DNA from: Lama guanicoe
Lineage: Eukaryota
Assembly (NCBI GenBank): GCA_013239625.1
Contig: MU053994.1
Coordinates: 2,733,589 to 2,797,588 of the forward strand
Direction of reading: 5' to 3'
DNA length: 64,000 bases
Part shown: positions 63,077-64,000 of the stretch, one piece after another
Layout of the letters: every line of letters begins with the position of its first letter
Numbering within the stretch: position 1 is the stretch's first letter
Translations under genes and position numbers: made by a program
The notes under the pieces: generated by a model
Database searches by the model: none
What the model was told of the DNA's origin: nothing
What the model saw: only the letters and a program-made list of their open reading frames with translations

Positions 63077-64000
63077 TTCTTTTTTAATAAAAACTGTATA
63101 TATTAAGATCCACAACATGAAGTTTGAGACACATATACATAATGAAATGGTTACCACAGCCAAACTAATTAACACATCCAGCTCCTCACATAATTTCCAT
63201 TTGTGTGTGCATGTTATGTGTGCCTGTGTGTGTGTGCATGTTATGTGTGCCTGTGTGTGTGTGTATGTGTGTGTGTGGTAAGAGCTGGTATCTACTCTCT
63301 TGTGCAAATTTCCAGTATGCAATACAGTATCATTAACTATAGTCATCACTGCTGTACATTAGATCTCTAGAACTTATTCACCCTACAACTTTGTACCCTT
63401 TGATCAACATCTCCTCCATTTCGCTCACCTTCCTGCCCTTGGTAACCAACCACCATTCTATTATCTGCTTCTATGAATTCAAACTTTTTAGATCCCACAT
63501 ATAAGTGAGAACATGCGGTATTTTTCTTTCTGTGTCTGGCTTACTTCACTTAGCATGTCTTCCAGGAAATGGTAGGATCTCTTTTTTTTAAGGCTGAATG
63601 ATAATCCATTGTAATATATATACTACGTCTTGTTTATCCAGTCATCAGTCAGTGGACACTAAGGTTGTTCCCATATCTTGGCTATTGTGAATAATGCTGC
63701 AATGAACATGGGGTGCAGATATCTTTATGAGATACTGATTTCATTTCCTTTGGATATATACCCAGTAGCAGGATTACTGGATTGTATGGTAGTTGTATTT
63801 TTAATTTTTTGAGGAACCTCCATACCGTTTTCATGGTGGCTGTACCAGTTTACATTCCTACCAACAGTGTACAAGTAAGTGTTCCTTTTTCTCCACATCC
63901 TCGCCCAACACTTATTATCTCTTGTCTTTTTGATAATAGCCAACCTAACAGGCATGAGGTGATGTATCTCATTGTGGTTTTGATTTGCATTTCCCTGATG
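63077..64000 (-). mobile_element. L1 (L1MA-like) 3'UTR and ORF2 C-terminus, continues beyond the window
   Basis: Minus-strand ORF MPVRLAIIKKTRDNKCW... and a typical 3'UTR. Contains a duplicated (TG)-rich 27-mer at 63203-63277. Confidence 0.9.

Overview
This is mammalian genomic DNA: CpG-depleted, AT-rich and mostly transposable-element derived. Four copies of a tRNA-Ala(AGC)-derived SINE resembling the Vic-1 family, plus a recurring young L1 3' end, point to a camelid host (inference). I could not identify a protein-coding gene. The ORF track consists of short spurious frames and decayed L1 ORF1/ORF2 fragments. The window holds several L1s of different ages (one near full length with 5'UTR monomers), a HAL1-like element, CR1/L3, L2, MIR, ERVL/MaLR LTRs and hAT/mariner MITEs, often nested with readable target-site duplications (TSDs). 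The most unusual structure is an ~800-bp, ~95%-identical inverted copy of 7046-7847. It sits at 10890-11696 inside a 5'-truncated L1 with essentially no L1 sequence lost and a 7-nt microhomology junction. The resulting inverted repeat flanks a 3-kb spacer that contains candidate minus-strand exons. Other oddities are a perfect 4x(50 bp + GAG) minisatellite inside an ancient CR1, two twin-primed mini-L1s, a TSD-flanked L1 inter-ORF fragment and a poly(A)-only insertion. TE subfamily names come from my recall of consensus sequences. Boundaries without a TSD are approximate.
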